DNA of 64,000 nt from a virus. The stretch covers positions 32,001 to 96,000 of the IMG/VR virus record IMGVR_UViG_3300009161_000023; one strand, written 5' to 3'. The translations under genes were made by a program, and so were the position numbers. Of the stretch, positions 9,454 through 19,554 are shown in pieces. Numbering within the stretch: position 1 is the first letter of the stretch; the number at the start of each line of letters is the position of its first letter. Below the pieces are notes generated by a model. That model was not told where the DNA came from. It made no database searches and saw only the letters and a program-made list of their open reading frames with translations.

Positions 9454-9861
9454 ATGAATGATTTAGTTGATTTTTTTGTATTTTTATTTGGATGTGTTGG
9501 TATTACAAGCATAATTGTTGATGGAGAAATATTTAAACCTGTAAAAGATTACATTCATAATAAAGTGCCTGAATTTTTTAATTCACTTTTAAACTGTTAT
9601 CAATGTTCTGGATTTTGGGTCGGCATTATTTTTGCAGCAGCAATAAATTATAATTATTTAGATAATATACCTAATATTGCTTCTTTGATTTTACATGGAG
9701 GTCTAGCAAGTGCTGCAAGTTATTTCTATGCTCTTTATCTTACTTATTTAGAAGCAAACTCCATGGTTCAATTTAATGACTATCCAGCAAGTGAACCAGA
9801 GGAAAATAAACCAGAGGAAAATAAACCAGAGGAAAATACAAATAATGTCGGAGATAATTAG
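9454..9861 (+). CDS. DUF1360-like membrane protein
   Basis: AGGAG RBS; hydrophobic helices; LLNCYQCSGFWVG motif. Confidence 0.65.
   Translation: MNDLVDFFVFLFGCVGITSIIVDGEIFKPVKDYIHNKVPEFFNSLLNCYQCSGFWVGIIFAAAINYNYLDNIPNIASLILHGGLASAASYFYALYLTYLEANSMVQFNDYPASEPEENKPEENKPEENTNNVGDN
9793..9838 (+). repeat. 15-bp tandem repeat x3 (PEENK)
   Basis: ccagaggaaaataaa repeated. Confidence 0.9.
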
Positions 9862-10225
9862 TTTATTAGATGTTAAAAGAGCCTTGCGTGATAGTAAATT
9901 CAGGGAAACACTACCTGAATCATTGTTATCTGATGTGCAAAAATTTTTAAATAACCCTGGTTGTGCTTGTAATGTTCCAATTTATAGAAAAGTAATGAAG
10001 CTTGGAGGAGAACAGCTAAAAGCTTTTTTCTCAGGCAAGGCATTAGTTACTCCAGAAGAAGAAGCAGAAAAACTAGCTAAAAATAACTGGACTGTTATAA
10101 ATTGTAGTATCGGTGAATTAGAATCTAGGTTAAAAAAACTAAGTCCAGGTAGAAAACAAATAGCTCTCTCTAGATTTGAAGATCAAGTAACGGCAATCAT
10201 AAACGAATTAGATGTTGTTTTCTGA
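9845..10225 (+). CDS. hypothetical protein (likely start MSEIISLL)
   Basis: The upstream part of the track ORF is only the alternate frame of the repeat; NPGCACN motif. Confidence 0.6.
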   Translation: MSEIISLLDVKRALRDSKFRETLPESLLSDVQKFLNNPGCACNVPIYRKVMKLGGEQLKAFFSGKALVTPEEEAEKLAKNNWTVINCSIGELESRLKKLSPGRKQIALSRFEDQVTAIINELDVVF

Positions 10226-11164
10226 TGTAAAATTAGTTTGATTATCTAATATTTTCTTACAGGATTCTATCATTTTAGTAGGGTATTTTTTATACTTCTC
10301 AGGTATTAAAAACCAATCATCGTTAAAGTTTCTTTGTTTGCCAGAAATAATCGCATATTCATAAAATGTTTTGGCGTAATAAAAATTTTTATTCTCATAC
10401 CAATAATCACCACAAAAACACCAAAATTCTGCCATGTGTGGCATTTTTGCCAAGCAGGTAGTTATGTTTTGAATTATTTTATTCTTATTAGTATTTTTAA
10501 ATAATAATATAAGGCAAATATAATATCTTATTAATATTTCATTTTCTTCTTTTATATTTTTGTTAAATAGAAACTTTTCTGCTTCACATAAAAAATTATC
10601 ATATTCTTGGTTAATTAAAAAATTAATAGCTTTGTAATAGTTTATTTGATTATTTAAAGGTTCTTCTTTTTGCCACTCATTTAATATTTTAGAAAAATTT
10701 TTCCTTTTACACGCTGAAGCATTTATAAAAATGTTTTTATTTAATTCAAAACTTTGATCTTCAATAGATTCAAAAATTTTATTAGAAAAAATAAATTTAT
10801 TTTTATTTGATATTCTACTTTCTTTTACGATTGTAGAATCGTAAACGATTGAAACTTTATAATTTTTATTCTCTAAAAAGTCTTTTATGCATTTTGTCGT
10901 TAAAACTTCTCCAACATTTAAATGCAACAAAAGGTTGTCAGGTAAGAAAATTTTATTTTTATTTCTAATACTAGAAAAATCGTTTTCTATTAAATTGTCT
11001 TTAATTATAACTATATTTTCTTCTTTTAATTTTTTTATTGAATCTGTAGTTGTAATAATGTAAATATCATCAACTTCATCTCTTGCTGAATTTATAGTTT
11101 TTAATAAATCTTCTAATTTTTCATCGTGAAATAAAATTACTGCTGTTATTTTCAAATTTAACAT
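10208..11164 (-). CDS. degenerate GT2 glycosyltransferase with TPR-like C-terminus
   Basis: TAVILFHDE..L...INS...VDDIYII, DFSSIRN, LNVGE in place of LDADE; AEFW..CGD.WY....Y.A..FY..A TPR-like helix pair. Confidence 0.6.
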   Translation of the reverse strand: MLNLKITAVILFHDEKLEDLLKTINSARDEVDDIYIITTTDSIKKLKEENIVIIKDNLIENDFSSIRNKNKIFLPDNLLLHLNVGEVLTTKCIKDFLENKNYKVSIVYDSTIVKESRISNKNKFIFSNKIFESIEDQSFELNKNIFINASACKRKNFSKILNEWQKEEPLNNQINYYKAINFLINQEYDNFLCEAEKFLFNKNIKEENEILIRYYICLILLFKNTNKNKIIQNITTCLAKMPHMAEFWCFCGDYWYENKNFYYAKTFYEYAIISGKQRNFNDDWFLIPEKYKKYPTKMIESCKKILDNQTNFTSENNI

Positions 11165-11303
11165 TTTCTATAATATCTTCAAAAACTTTAGATTGTTTAG
11201 TTAAATTATTTTTATCATAATAATTTTTTATTTCAATTAAATCTTTTAAACTATTTGGATTATTAAAAAAGTTTAAAAAACTATCATAAAATTTATTAAT
11301 CAT
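11121..11303 (-). CDS. small hypothetical protein
   Basis: ORF overlapping both neighbours in operon style. Confidence 0.4.
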   Translation of the reverse strand: MINKFYDSFLNFFNNPNSLKDLIEIKNYYDKNNLTKQSKVFEDIIENVKFENNSSNFISR

Positions 11304-11817
11304 TATTATAATCTTGATTTTTTTGAATTCTATCTCTTCTTTTAGCTGGTAAATAACTTGCTAAAGTTTTTTGATACATGTCATTTATTTTTCTTTTCAA
11401 TTCTTGATAGTTTCTTGCTGCTCTATAAAGCTGCTTGAAATGATTCAAGATACAGGTTGTCATATAGTTGAAAGCTTTTCCTTTTGAAGGATCAAATTTT
11501 TCTGCTCTTTCAAAACAAATTACTACTCCTTCTTGTACTGAATCATCTTCGTCTATGTGGCTGAATTTTGCGTATTTTACAATGTTCTTAGAAAGAGTGT
11601 AAAAAGCATTTGCTAATTCTATTTGTGCCAAGCTATGCTCTTCTTGCGACTTTGAAGGTTCGTTATTTGGAACTGCAAGTGATTTAAAAACATTATTGGT
11701 TTTTTGCATTTGAATATCTTCATGAAGTATTTCATATTTTAATTTGTTCTTTTTTGTTAACTGAAAGCTAATAATTAACTTCTCAAATGTTTTATTATTT
11801 AAATATTCATTGCTCAT
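11296..11817 (-). CDS. gp55: T4 gp55-like late sigma factor (likely start MSNEYLNN)
   Basis: YLNNKTF, LANAF, DSVQEGVVIC, KFDPSKGKAFNYMTTCILNHF match the gp55/sigma region 2 pattern. Confidence 0.75.
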   Translation of the reverse strand: MSNEYLNNKTFEKLIISFQLTKKNKLKYEILHEDIQMQKTNNVFKSLAVPNNEPSKSQEEHSLAQIELANAFYTLSKNIVKYAKFSHIDEDDSVQEGVVICFERAEKFDPSKGKAFNYMTTCILNHFKQLYRAARNYQELKRKINDMYQKTLASYLPAKRRDRIQKNQDYNND

Positions 11818-11881
11818 TCTTTTAAAATAGTTTGTTTTTTTATTTTTATACGATAAAATATTATATAACGAAAGGCTTATT

Positions 11882-12121
11882 GTGATAAAAGATTTTGTGG
11901 AAATATTAGAGAGACAAGAAATATTACAAAAAATAGAAGAAGCAGGATATAAACAAACTATCGACACCTTGCTTCTTAATGAAAGTAAAGTATACACTAA
12001 AAAAGGAAGGTTAAACAAAAGCGGAGCTTGCAGAATATTAAAATGTAAACCTAAAGATTTAGATGATTTACTTAAAAAATTCAGAGAAATTATTAATGCA
12101 AATCAATTTTTGGAAAAATAA
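11882..12121 (+). CDS. small hypothetical protein, possible HTH DNA-binding
   Basis: RLNKSGACRILKCKPKDL resembles an HTH; divergent from the sigma gene. Confidence 0.5.
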   Translation: MIKDFVEILERQEILQKIEEAGYKQTIDTLLLNESKVYTKKGRLNKSGACRILKCKPKDLDDLLKKFREIINANQFLEK

Positions 12122-12646
12122 TTATTTATTATATTCAATATAAGCTCTATCATATTTAAGTGATAGAGTTATATTTACTATGCCTTCTTCTTCCATGCTT
12201 AATTCATCAAAATTAATATCTTCTGGGTATATACCCTCAAAATTCCATGTTTCCATAACACTTCCGCAACCATCATAAAGCTTTAAAATTGCATCTTTTT
12301 TAAAGCTATTTTTTGAATTGTTACCATTACTTATTGGATATTTATAATTTTGGTTTTGAAGTTTTGGATTGTACATAGGTTCTATCCATTTATCCCATAA
12401 AGGATTCATGTTACATTTAGTATCAAATAATATTAATGTAATTGGTTTCCATTCTGGTTTTACTGGATAAGAAATAGTTTCATTTAAATGCTCAAAGCTT
12501 TGTGATTTAAAACTTAAAGTTGGCCTTGATGCTTTTGATGGTGGTAATACATTGATTCCATCGCCAATTATTCCATCAACGAAAAAAAGCCACCTAAATT
12601 TTCTTTTGAAAATTGCACTTGGCAAGTTTCCAAGTCCCATGTCCAT
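12122..12646 (-). CDS. gp19-like tail tube paralog 2
   Basis: FKRKFRW, SRPTL, WKPITLIL, YKKDAILKLYDG.G, WNFEGIYP, L.YD. Confidence 0.8.
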   Translation of the reverse strand: MDMGLGNLPSAIFKRKFRWLFFVDGIIGDGINVLPPSKASRPTLSFKSQSFEHLNETISYPVKPEWKPITLILFDTKCNMNPLWDKWIEPMYNPKLQNQNYKYPISNGNNSKNSFKKDAILKLYDGCGSVMETWNFEGIYPEDINFDELSMEEEGIVNITLSLKYDRAYIEYNK

Positions 12647-12680
12647 ATTTTCCTCTTTATCTTATATATTATAATTAATT

Positions 12681-12713
12681 AAAAAAACCTACTTTATTTA
12701 ATAAAGTAGGTTT
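12681..12713 (-). terminator. intrinsic terminator
   Basis: AAACCTACTTTATT/AATAAAGTAGGTTT inverted repeat with A7 tract, downstream of the tube gene. Confidence 0.8.
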
Positions 12714-12771
12714 CAAATTAATTTTATTAACAACTAAAAATTTGATGTTGCTATCATTACTGAAGAATTAC

Positions 12772-13467
12772 TTAACGAGGTTCGACATCTTCGGGAATAC
12801 CAGTATTAGTAATGCTTTCTAATGATCTATTTCCTTGTTTATAAGTTGCATTTAGGGGATTACCATCTCCACCACAACCAGCACAATAAACATAGAAGTC
12901 AGTGGAACATCTTCCATTAGAAGTAAAGTATTCAAAATTTCTATATCTGAATGTGCATTCTATAGTACATTCATCTTCTGTTGCATAGTCAAGTTCTCCA
13001 AAATTTATCGTAGTTGGCCAAGGATTTAAATAAGCGAATCCATCAATTACTTCTCCACAACCATCTAGCATTTTTAAGAGTCCAACTTTAGCAGTATATC
13101 CACCTGCTACATTTTGTGCAGAAGATTGAGTTAGAGTTATTGAGTTTGTAAAATCATATACAGTTGCTAACCAAGTAAATAAACCACTAATAGATTGTGC
13201 TCCAGCTTGGCTTGCAACATCAAAAAATGTTACTTGGGTAGTATCTGGAGTACCCTTACCAGGAATCCACATCTTACCATTAAGATAATTTATTTCTGTT
13301 TCTCCAATTGTTAAGCTAGGTCTATTTGCATTTTTTACAAAACTTGGAGGAATATCAAATTCTCCATCGATACCACACACTCCTTGAAATTCCATAGTCC
13401 ATCTAAATTTTCTTTTAAATACTGTGTCGCCACTTCCTAAAATTCCAAGTCCCATTTCCTGTGCCAT
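12772..13467 (-). CDS. gp19: gp19-like tail tube protein
   Basis: FKRKFRW, NRPSL, EINYLNGK..IPGK, LDGCGE, PWPTTINFGELDY; directly after the sheath gene. Confidence 0.85.
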   Translation of the reverse strand: MAQEMGLGILGSGDTVFKRKFRWTMEFQGVCGIDGEFDIPPSFVKNANRPSLTIGETEINYLNGKMWIPGKGTPDTTQVTFFDVASQAGAQSISGLFTWLATVYDFTNSITLTQSSAQNVAGGYTAKVGLLKMLDGCGEVIDGFAYLNPWPTTINFGELDYATEDECTIECTFRYRNFEYFTSNGRCSTDFYVYCAGCGGDGNPLNATYKQGNRSLESITNTGIPEDVEPR

Positions 13468-13499
13468 GATGCCTCCTTATTTAATTTTAAATAAATATT

Positions 13500-15836
13500 T
13501 TATATAGTGCCAGTTCTTTGTAAGGTGAATTCTATAAATATAAATTCAACTGCTTTTGTTGGTACAATACCAATTTTTGCCCTTAATTCATTTCTATCAA
13601 TAACATCTGGTGTGTTAATTGTTTTATCGCATAACACGCTGTATGCTGAAATTCCTCTGCCAAGTGATACAGTGTCTAAAACATCTTTTGCTATTCTAAC
13701 AAAATTAGCTCTTGTATTTTCATCATTTGGCTCAAACAACAAAGATTTTGATCTATTTTTAATTTGTCTTTCAACATAAAACATCATTCTGCGAACATTT
13801 ACTCTGTCAAGAGCAGTAGGTCTGCGTTGTAATGTTTTTTGACCAAAAATATTAAAGCCATTTGTATCAGAAAAAGTTACGATTGGATTGATGGCATTAC
13901 CATTTCCATACATTAAATCTCTTTCTACTAAACTCGGTCTGTTGTATACATCATTGACATTTGTTAATAATCCTCTGTCTAGACCAGCAGGAGCAAACCA
14001 AGGATTAGACATAGAATCACTTCTTGCATATGCAGCAGCTACAGATCCACTTGGAGGCACCCATACATTAATACCATTGTCAACATCGTTAATCATTAGC
14101 CAAGGCCAATAAAGTGCTGCAAAATCAGAATTTAACGGGAAAGTGTTTAAAGGATGAACACCATTTGACCAATCAATAATTTCTCGTACTGTTAATCCAA
14201 ATGGAGGATCGATTAATGCTAGACAATCGCCTCTTTCTGCACACATGTCAATTAATGCTCTAACTACTCTAGTAGAAGAGTGGCCAGGTACAGAAACAAT
14301 ATCAATTGTTAATTGATCTGGTTCACTCAAAGCATAAAGACCAGTAAAAGATACACGATTACCAATCAGCAATGAATCTTGATCATCTGGATCAGGTGGA
14401 ATACCGTCAGTTCCACCTACTAACAATGATCCGTTAGGGCCATTATCAGCTGGTGGAGCAGCAACAGTCGTGTTGTCTATTGCTCTGATGTAATCACTTA
14501 CAAGGTTTAAGTAAGTTTCAATATAGTAACGAGAGCCTTGCATTTTTGAAAGCTGTCCCCAAGATTCAACTTGTACACCTTTGTTGAATACTCTTAAGGT
14601 AAAGTTACCAGTTTCTATATCGTTATCTATTAATACAGAAGTATCATTTCCATCAATACCAGCTGAATCTGCTGTAATGGTTAAGCTTATATCTGTAGTT
14701 GTACTTACTCCGCCAATTATTCCAAGAGTATCAACATTGATATCATCGCTAACACCATTTGGAGAAATTCCTGATTTGGTTTTTCCATTAAAACCAAATA
14801 CAGTAAGTGCAGTTGCGTTTGTTTTGATTAAAATTCTTGCATCTCTACCACTATGAAGAGTTTCAAAGCTAAGTTTGTTTGCGTCAGAAACTGCTTTGAA
14901 TCCACCTGGTAATGATAAAATTTCAGCGTTGATTGCAATTACAATATCTGCAAGATCTTGATTGACTCCTTCAAGAGATGCCAAAGATATTTCTTGAATT
15001 ACACCATCAATATTTGGATTGTCAGTTCCATCAACAACTATTTGCAGTGAAGTACCAATTAATCCTGTAAAATCATAAAAGCCATCGTTTTGATAAGGAT
15101 CAGAAGTAGGATATTTTTGATTACCGCCAGAAGAAGAGGCTGATGTCATGCCAGTTCCTAAGCCTACTTCGCTACTTTGACCGTATAATGAATTAAGAAC
15201 AGAAACTAATTCTATTGAAGAATTTGAGCCATAAGCCCAAACACTTCTTAATCCTAAAGTTGCATCAATACCGTCATCAAATACAAAAAATTCAATTCCA
15301 TCTACATCTGGAATAAGTTGGTCATTTAACAATGATACTAATTCACTTGGTGCATATGTACCAATTGGAACGACTAATATTTTTGATGCAAGAACGCCAT
15401 TGAGCTTCCATCTAAAGAAGCTATCCATTGTTATGCTGTAAGTATCATATGAGCTTATATAATTTGAATGAATTTCTACAGCAGATCCTGATGCAACTAA
15501 GTCTACTTCAGCAGTTGTAGCAGCGTAATCGTTAACAGTATTAGTTTCTGCTACTCTTAGAATGTATGCACTATTAGAAGTTCTTAAGAATTGTGATACT
15601 GCATAATACAAGTATGGATCGCTAGTATCAGGATGAGGATATCCAAAGATTCTATTTAAATCAGATTGTGATCTAACTAAAGTTGGTAAGTTAATTGGGC
15701 CTTTTGAGGCAAAACCTACAAAAGCTCCAGCAGTACCACCTTGAAGAACATCTCCATAAAAACTTAAATCTCTTTCAGCAATTCTTACTGAAGGACTAAT
15801 AGTATTTGAAGGTGGAAAGCCTTTTAATAATGCCAT
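13500..15836 (-). CDS. gp18: contractile tail sheath protein
   Basis: ISPSVRIAERDL, FASKGP, YWPWL, WVPPSG, PWFAPAGLDRG, INPIV, FGQKTL, DRVNVRR, FEPND, EFIFIEF. Confidence 0.95.
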   Translation of the reverse strand: MALLKGFPPSNTISPSVRIAERDLSFYGDVLQGGTAGAFVGFASKGPINLPTLVRSQSDLNRIFGYPHPDTSDPYLYYAVSQFLRTSNSAYILRVAETNTVNDYAATTAEVDLVASGSAVEIHSNYISSYDTYSITMDSFFRWKLNGVLASKILVVPIGTYAPSELVSLLNDQLIPDVDGIEFFVFDDGIDATLGLRSVWAYGSNSSIELVSVLNSLYGQSSEVGLGTGMTSASSSGGNQKYPTSDPYQNDGFYDFTGLIGTSLQIVVDGTDNPNIDGVIQEISLASLEGVNQDLADIVIAINAEILSLPGGFKAVSDANKLSFETLHSGRDARILIKTNATALTVFGFNGKTKSGISPNGVSDDINVDTLGIIGGVSTTTDISLTITADSAGIDGNDTSVLIDNDIETGNFTLRVFNKGVQVESWGQLSKMQGSRYYIETYLNLVSDYIRAIDNTTVAAPPADNGPNGSLLVGGTDGIPPDPDDQDSLLIGNRVSFTGLYALSEPDQLTIDIVSVPGHSSTRVVRALIDMCAERGDCLALIDPPFGLTVREIIDWSNGVHPLNTFPLNSDFAALYWPWLMINDVDNGINVWVPPSGSVAAAYARSDSMSNPWFAPAGLDRGLLTNVNDVYNRPSLVERDLMYGNGNAINPIVTFSDTNGFNIFGQKTLQRRPTALDRVNVRRMMFYVERQIKNRSKSLLFEPNDENTRANFVRIAKDVLDTVSLGRGISAYSVLCDKTINTPDVIDRNELRAKIGIVPTKAVEFIFIEFTLQRTGTI

Positions 15837-15855
15837 GATTTTTCTCCCTTTTTTC

Positions 15856-16053
15856 TTATACGGTTCTTTTGGAAATTAATCCTGCTGCAACAGCACGATC
15901 TATATATTCAGTTTCTCTTTCATCTTGTAAGAAAAAAATATTTTTTTTAGCACCAACGCCAGGTATATTTAAACAAGTAAATGAATTTGGTATCTTTGTT
16001 GACTTTACTAAAATTTGTACAGGGTACTTTTTTTTATTTACCAATTCAATCAT
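15856..16053 (-). CDS. small hypothetical protein in tail operon
   Basis: GGAG RBS; ATG overlaps the upstream stop. Confidence 0.55.
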   Translation of the reverse strand: MIELVNKKKYPVQILVKSTKIPNSFTCLNIPGVGAKKNIFFLQDERETEYIDRAVAAGLISKRTV

Positions 16054-17042
16054 TTATTTAACTCCTTAACAGATTCTTCTATTCTTCCTATGACTTCTGT
16101 GATGTCTTCTTCCTTTAAGCCATCTACCATTTCTATTCTTGTTTCCAAGACAGTTTTTTTTCTTACTAGAGGTTGTGCTATATATGTTTTAGCAGTCATG
16201 GAAAATTCATATTTAATTACTCTTAAAGCAGCATCACCTGGTTCATAATTAAGGTTATTTGCAATAGAGTCTAGTTTAACTAAAACTTCCCAATTAACTC
16301 CTCGTACTTTTATATATGAAACAGGTGAAAATTTTAAAAAAATTTGTTCTAAAATTTGATTAATATCTTCAACATATAAAGTCCAAGCTGATAATGTGTA
16401 AGAAATATTTATTGGTATTCCTCTTGTTTGTCCAAAGACAGTATCATTTTTATATTTTTCACTTCCATAAAAACTTGGCTTACCAGATTTATCTCTTATA
16501 AAATCTACAGCTGCATGATATGTGTATCTGCTTTGATCAAATTCATATCCAGAATTATGAATTGCCATTAATGGTAATTTGATTCTATCTACAACTAAAG
16601 TATTATCTTTTCTAGTATTTTCTTGAAGTAAAAAAGCAACTGCCCTTTCTTGTGTTCCCCACATAATTGGGATTGGATGTGCTTTTCCGCTTTCATCAAG
16701 CACAACAATATTTCTAAATAAATCCATTACTGCTTCATCTGTTCCTCTTAATGATTTTGCATAGCGATAAATATTATTTCTATTTGTAGAATCTAAATCA
16801 TTTATAATTTGTCCTGTTTGCATAGGATCGCAATTATTTTCTTTTCCAAGATTTGTTTTTTGATTTTGACTATCAGAAATCCAGCTTTCTTTTCCATTTC
16901 CAACATTATTTTGGTTTAATTCATCTTGATCACAATATCCAGGTGGAGGATCAATATTATTATTTTGTCCTAATGGACTTTGACAATTAATATTATTAAG
17001 CGTGTTTTCTTTTGAGTTAATATTACTACCTGATTTATTCAC
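16050..17042 (-). CDS. gp15: gp15-like tail sheath stabiliser/terminator
   Basis: PIPIMWGTQER, KLPLMAI, PINISYTLSAWT, DINQILEQIFLKFSP. Confidence 0.8.
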   Translation of the reverse strand: MNKSGSNINSKENTLNNINCQSPLGQNNNIDPPPGYCDQDELNQNNVGNGKESWISDSQNQKTNLGKENNCDPMQTGQIINDLDSTNRNNIYRYAKSLRGTDEAVMDLFRNIVVLDESGKAHPIPIMWGTQERAVAFLLQENTRKDNTLVVDRIKLPLMAIHNSGYEFDQSRYTYHAAVDFIRDKSGKPSFYGSEKYKNDTVFGQTRGIPINISYTLSAWTLYVEDINQILEQIFLKFSPVSYIKVRGVNWEVLVKLDSIANNLNYEPGDAALRVIKYEFSMTAKTYIAQPLVRKKTVLETRIEMVDGLKEEDITEVIGRIEESVKELNK

Positions 17043-17100
17043 TTTTGATTTCCTGATAAAAGTTATTATGAATTATTTATAACAGAAGAATAAATAAATC

Positions 17101-17313
17101 ATGATTAATTTTAAAGAATGGTTGCATTTAAAACAAGAATCATTTTACAATTACTTTGGCCCTGTATATGGTACTGGAGTTAACGATGGTCTTTTTTCTG
17201 CCGTAGGTGTTAGATCAAAATACATTGGGCCATCTTCTTCTTTTAAATTAATTCGAAGAAAAAGTCCTGATTGTTTATTTTTAAAAAAAAATTGTTATAA
17301 AAAAGGAGATTGA
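17101..17313 (+). CDS. small protein with capsid-targeting-like N-terminus (MINFKEWL)
   Basis: ORF preceded by TAAATA. Confidence 0.55.
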   Translation: MINFKEWLHLKQESFYNYFGPVYGTGVNDGLFSAVGVRSKYIGPSSSFKLIRRKSPDCLFLKKNCYKKGD

Positions 17314-17314
17314 A

Positions 17315-17743
17315 ATGAAAAACAAGATTATAAAAAAATTTACTAACAAAGCTATAGAAAAAATTAATATTAAACTTGGTATTGCAAAACCTAAGCTCGT
17401 AATTAAATGGTTTGGCGATAAAAGAAAAAAAGTTACAAAAATAAATAATTTAGTTGTAAATTATAAATTTTACAAAAGCGGAAATATAGATGATATAAAA
17501 GAAAAAAAAATCAATCAAGATTTTGCTAATAGTTTTGAATTTAACGAACAAAATGTTTCTCATGAAGAAGATTTAATGGAAGGAACTTACGAAATAGAAA
17601 TTAAGTATGAAGATCCAACCGAAAGTTTTAAAGATGGAGATACTGTAGTTTGTTGTAGAGAAAGAGATATTCAAAAAATTGGTTTAATTTTTAGTATAAA
17701 AAAACTTAATAAAAATAAAATTTTAAAGTTTAAAATAGTTTAA
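17315..17743 (+). CDS. hypothetical protein
   Basis: ORF track. Confidence 0.55.
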   Translation: MKNKIIKKFTNKAIEKINIKLGIAKPKLVIKWFGDKRKKVTKINNLVVNYKFYKSGNIDDIKEKKINQDFANSFEFNEQNVSHEEDLMEGTYEIEIKYEDPTESFKDGDTVVCCRERDIQKIGLIFSIKKLNKNKILKFKIV

Positions 17744-17781
17744 TTATATTAAAGTTAATAAAATTAAAAAACAGGAGAAAA

Positions 17782-18066
17782 ATGACATCATTAGGATATT
17801 TAATAGAATCTTTAAGAAAAAAAGACTCTAATAACAAGGATAAAGAAAAAAAAATCAAAGAAATTATTTTTTTTGGTAAAAACATAAGAGAAGATTTCTG
17901 GGATGATTTTATTTTATTATTGAATGATTCTGAAGGTCTTGCAGCATTGTTAAATGTTCCTGAAGATACTGTTGCAACATGGCATCATGAAATTAAGAAA
18001 AATCTTAAAAATAAAGATCTTGATGGCGAGATATATAAACAAAAAAGAAAAATGATAAAGAACTGA
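17782..18066 (+). CDS. hypothetical protein
   Basis: AGGAG RBS. Confidence 0.6.
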   Translation: MTSLGYLIESLRKKDSNNKDKEKKIKEIIFFGKNIREDFWDDFILLLNDSEGLAALLNVPEDTVATWHHEIKKNLKNKDLDGEIYKQKRKMIKN

Positions 18067-18076
18067 AAGGCAAAGC

Positions 18077-18424
18077 ATGAAAAAGTTTAATGAATGGGCA
18101 AGTAATAACATTAATGAAGATTTAAAAATTACAGGATCGTCTGCTTCATTATTTAAAGTTGATCCATCTTTTAGAAATAAAACTAAAAGATTTGAAGATA
18201 TTATTGATAATGTTACCTCTGAACATGATAAAGAAAATCCTACAGATGATGAACATCAGATGGATTTAGATAGAAGAGCAAGATTAATTAGATCTATAGA
18301 CATTCTTCATTATGATAATTTACAGAAATTTATGAAAGATTGGAACTTTATTAAGACACATGCAAAAGATGAAATTGTTGATGTTGCTAAAGAAGATGAT
18401 TTAAATGTTATAAGGAATATTTAA
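18077..18424 (+). CDS. acidic protein with capsid-targeting-like N-terminus (MKKFNEW...INE)
   Basis: ORF track; N-terminal motif. Confidence 0.6.
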   Translation: MKKFNEWASNNINEDLKITGSSASLFKVDPSFRNKTKRFEDIIDNVTSEHDKENPTDDEHQMDLDRRARLIRSIDILHYDNLQKFMKDWNFIKTHAKDEIVDVAKEDDLNVIRNI

Positions 18425-18429
18425 TTTCA

Positions 18430-19548
18430 ATGGAAAAAATTCGTTCTTATTTAAATAAAGAAGAAATACAGAAGCAGATTAAAATTGCTCTTGAGAATTA
18501 CAGAAAAGGTAATTCTGTAGATAAATTAAAAACGCAGTTTGATGTTAAAGATAATCATTTAATTGAAAAAATAAATAAAGAAAATAATAATACTTTACAA
18601 AAAGATAATTTTCAAATTAGAAAAAAAAATGTCAGAAGTAATACATCTACCGATTCTTTGTCTTTTGACAAGCTTATGATTTCTTTAGATGAATTTATGA
18701 AGGGCGATAAAAACATTTACATGTCGTTTGGAGGAGTTGGAGATTTATTACTTTTACTTGGTGTTTGTTATAATGATGAAAAAGCAAATGTTATTTTTAT
18801 GGCAAATCAAGAAGCGGATTCTTTTTCAAGAAGATTTTTTGAATTTTTTAAATTGAAAAATCTTATTTCTAAAAACTTAATGGGAACTAATTATTGTAGT
18901 TTGCTTTATAAAAAGGTTACTTCTCATCCTAACTTTACAATATCTGCACATTTGGCAGATAGATGTGATTATGGTGATTGGAAGAAATCTACTGAAAAAT
19001 ACAAAAACAGATTGGTTCTTGAAACAGACTGGATTGATTATATTGGGATTAAAAAAAGAGAGAAAAAATATGCAATAATTTGTCCTTCTGGATCTCATAA
19101 AACTGATTTGAGAAGAAGGTTTTTTACTCAAGTTGAATATAAAAAAATCGTACATGGTTATTTAGATAAAGGGTATGAGGTTATTACTACTAGCAGTAAA
19201 AACGATGTTAAAACATTTGGATTATATCCTGATAAAAATTGCTATTGGCTAACTGATTCTGAAATTATAAATCATAAAGGTGTAAGTCAGGAAATTGATT
19301 TTAAAACTTTTTTACAAACTATTATTTCTTGTGATGATATTGTTTCTACTGACACTTGGATTAAAACATTTATGTCTTTGTGTGGCAAGCCATGTCATGT
19401 TATAAAAACAAGGTATAATTCTAAATATCAAGAAATTGGACTTGAATGTTGCGATTATATATTTTTAAACAAAGAATTTTGGCCTAAGTTAAAAATTCAT
19501 ACTTACGAACAATTTATCGAATATTTAAGTCAAATGCCAGAAGCTTGA
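18430..19548 (+). CDS. GT9-like (GT-B) glycosyltransferase, paralog 1
   Basis: GGVGDLLL, IICPSGS, IVSTDTW resemble GT9 GGIGD / hPgaS / vsnDSG motifs. Confidence 0.6.
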   Translation: MEKIRSYLNKEEIQKQIKIALENYRKGNSVDKLKTQFDVKDNHLIEKINKENNNTLQKDNFQIRKKNVRSNTSTDSLSFDKLMISLDEFMKGDKNIYMSFGGVGDLLLLLGVCYNDEKANVIFMANQEADSFSRRFFEFFKLKNLISKNLMGTNYCSLLYKKVTSHPNFTISAHLADRCDYGDWKKSTEKYKNRLVLETDWIDYIGIKKREKKYAIICPSGSHKTDLRRRFFTQVEYKKIVHGYLDKGYEVITTSSKNDVKTFGLYPDKNCYWLTDSEIINHKGVSQEIDFKTFLQTIISCDDIVSTDTWIKTFMSLCGKPCHVIKTRYNSKYQEIGLECCDYIFLNKEFWPKLKIHTYEQFIEYLSQMPEA

Positions 19549-19554
19549 TTAATA

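Noticed and set aside
11818-12018. Long N-terminal extension of the sigma-like ORF in the track
   Set aside because: Overlaps the divergent 11882-12121 gene; the homology-like region starts at MSNEYLNN (11817).
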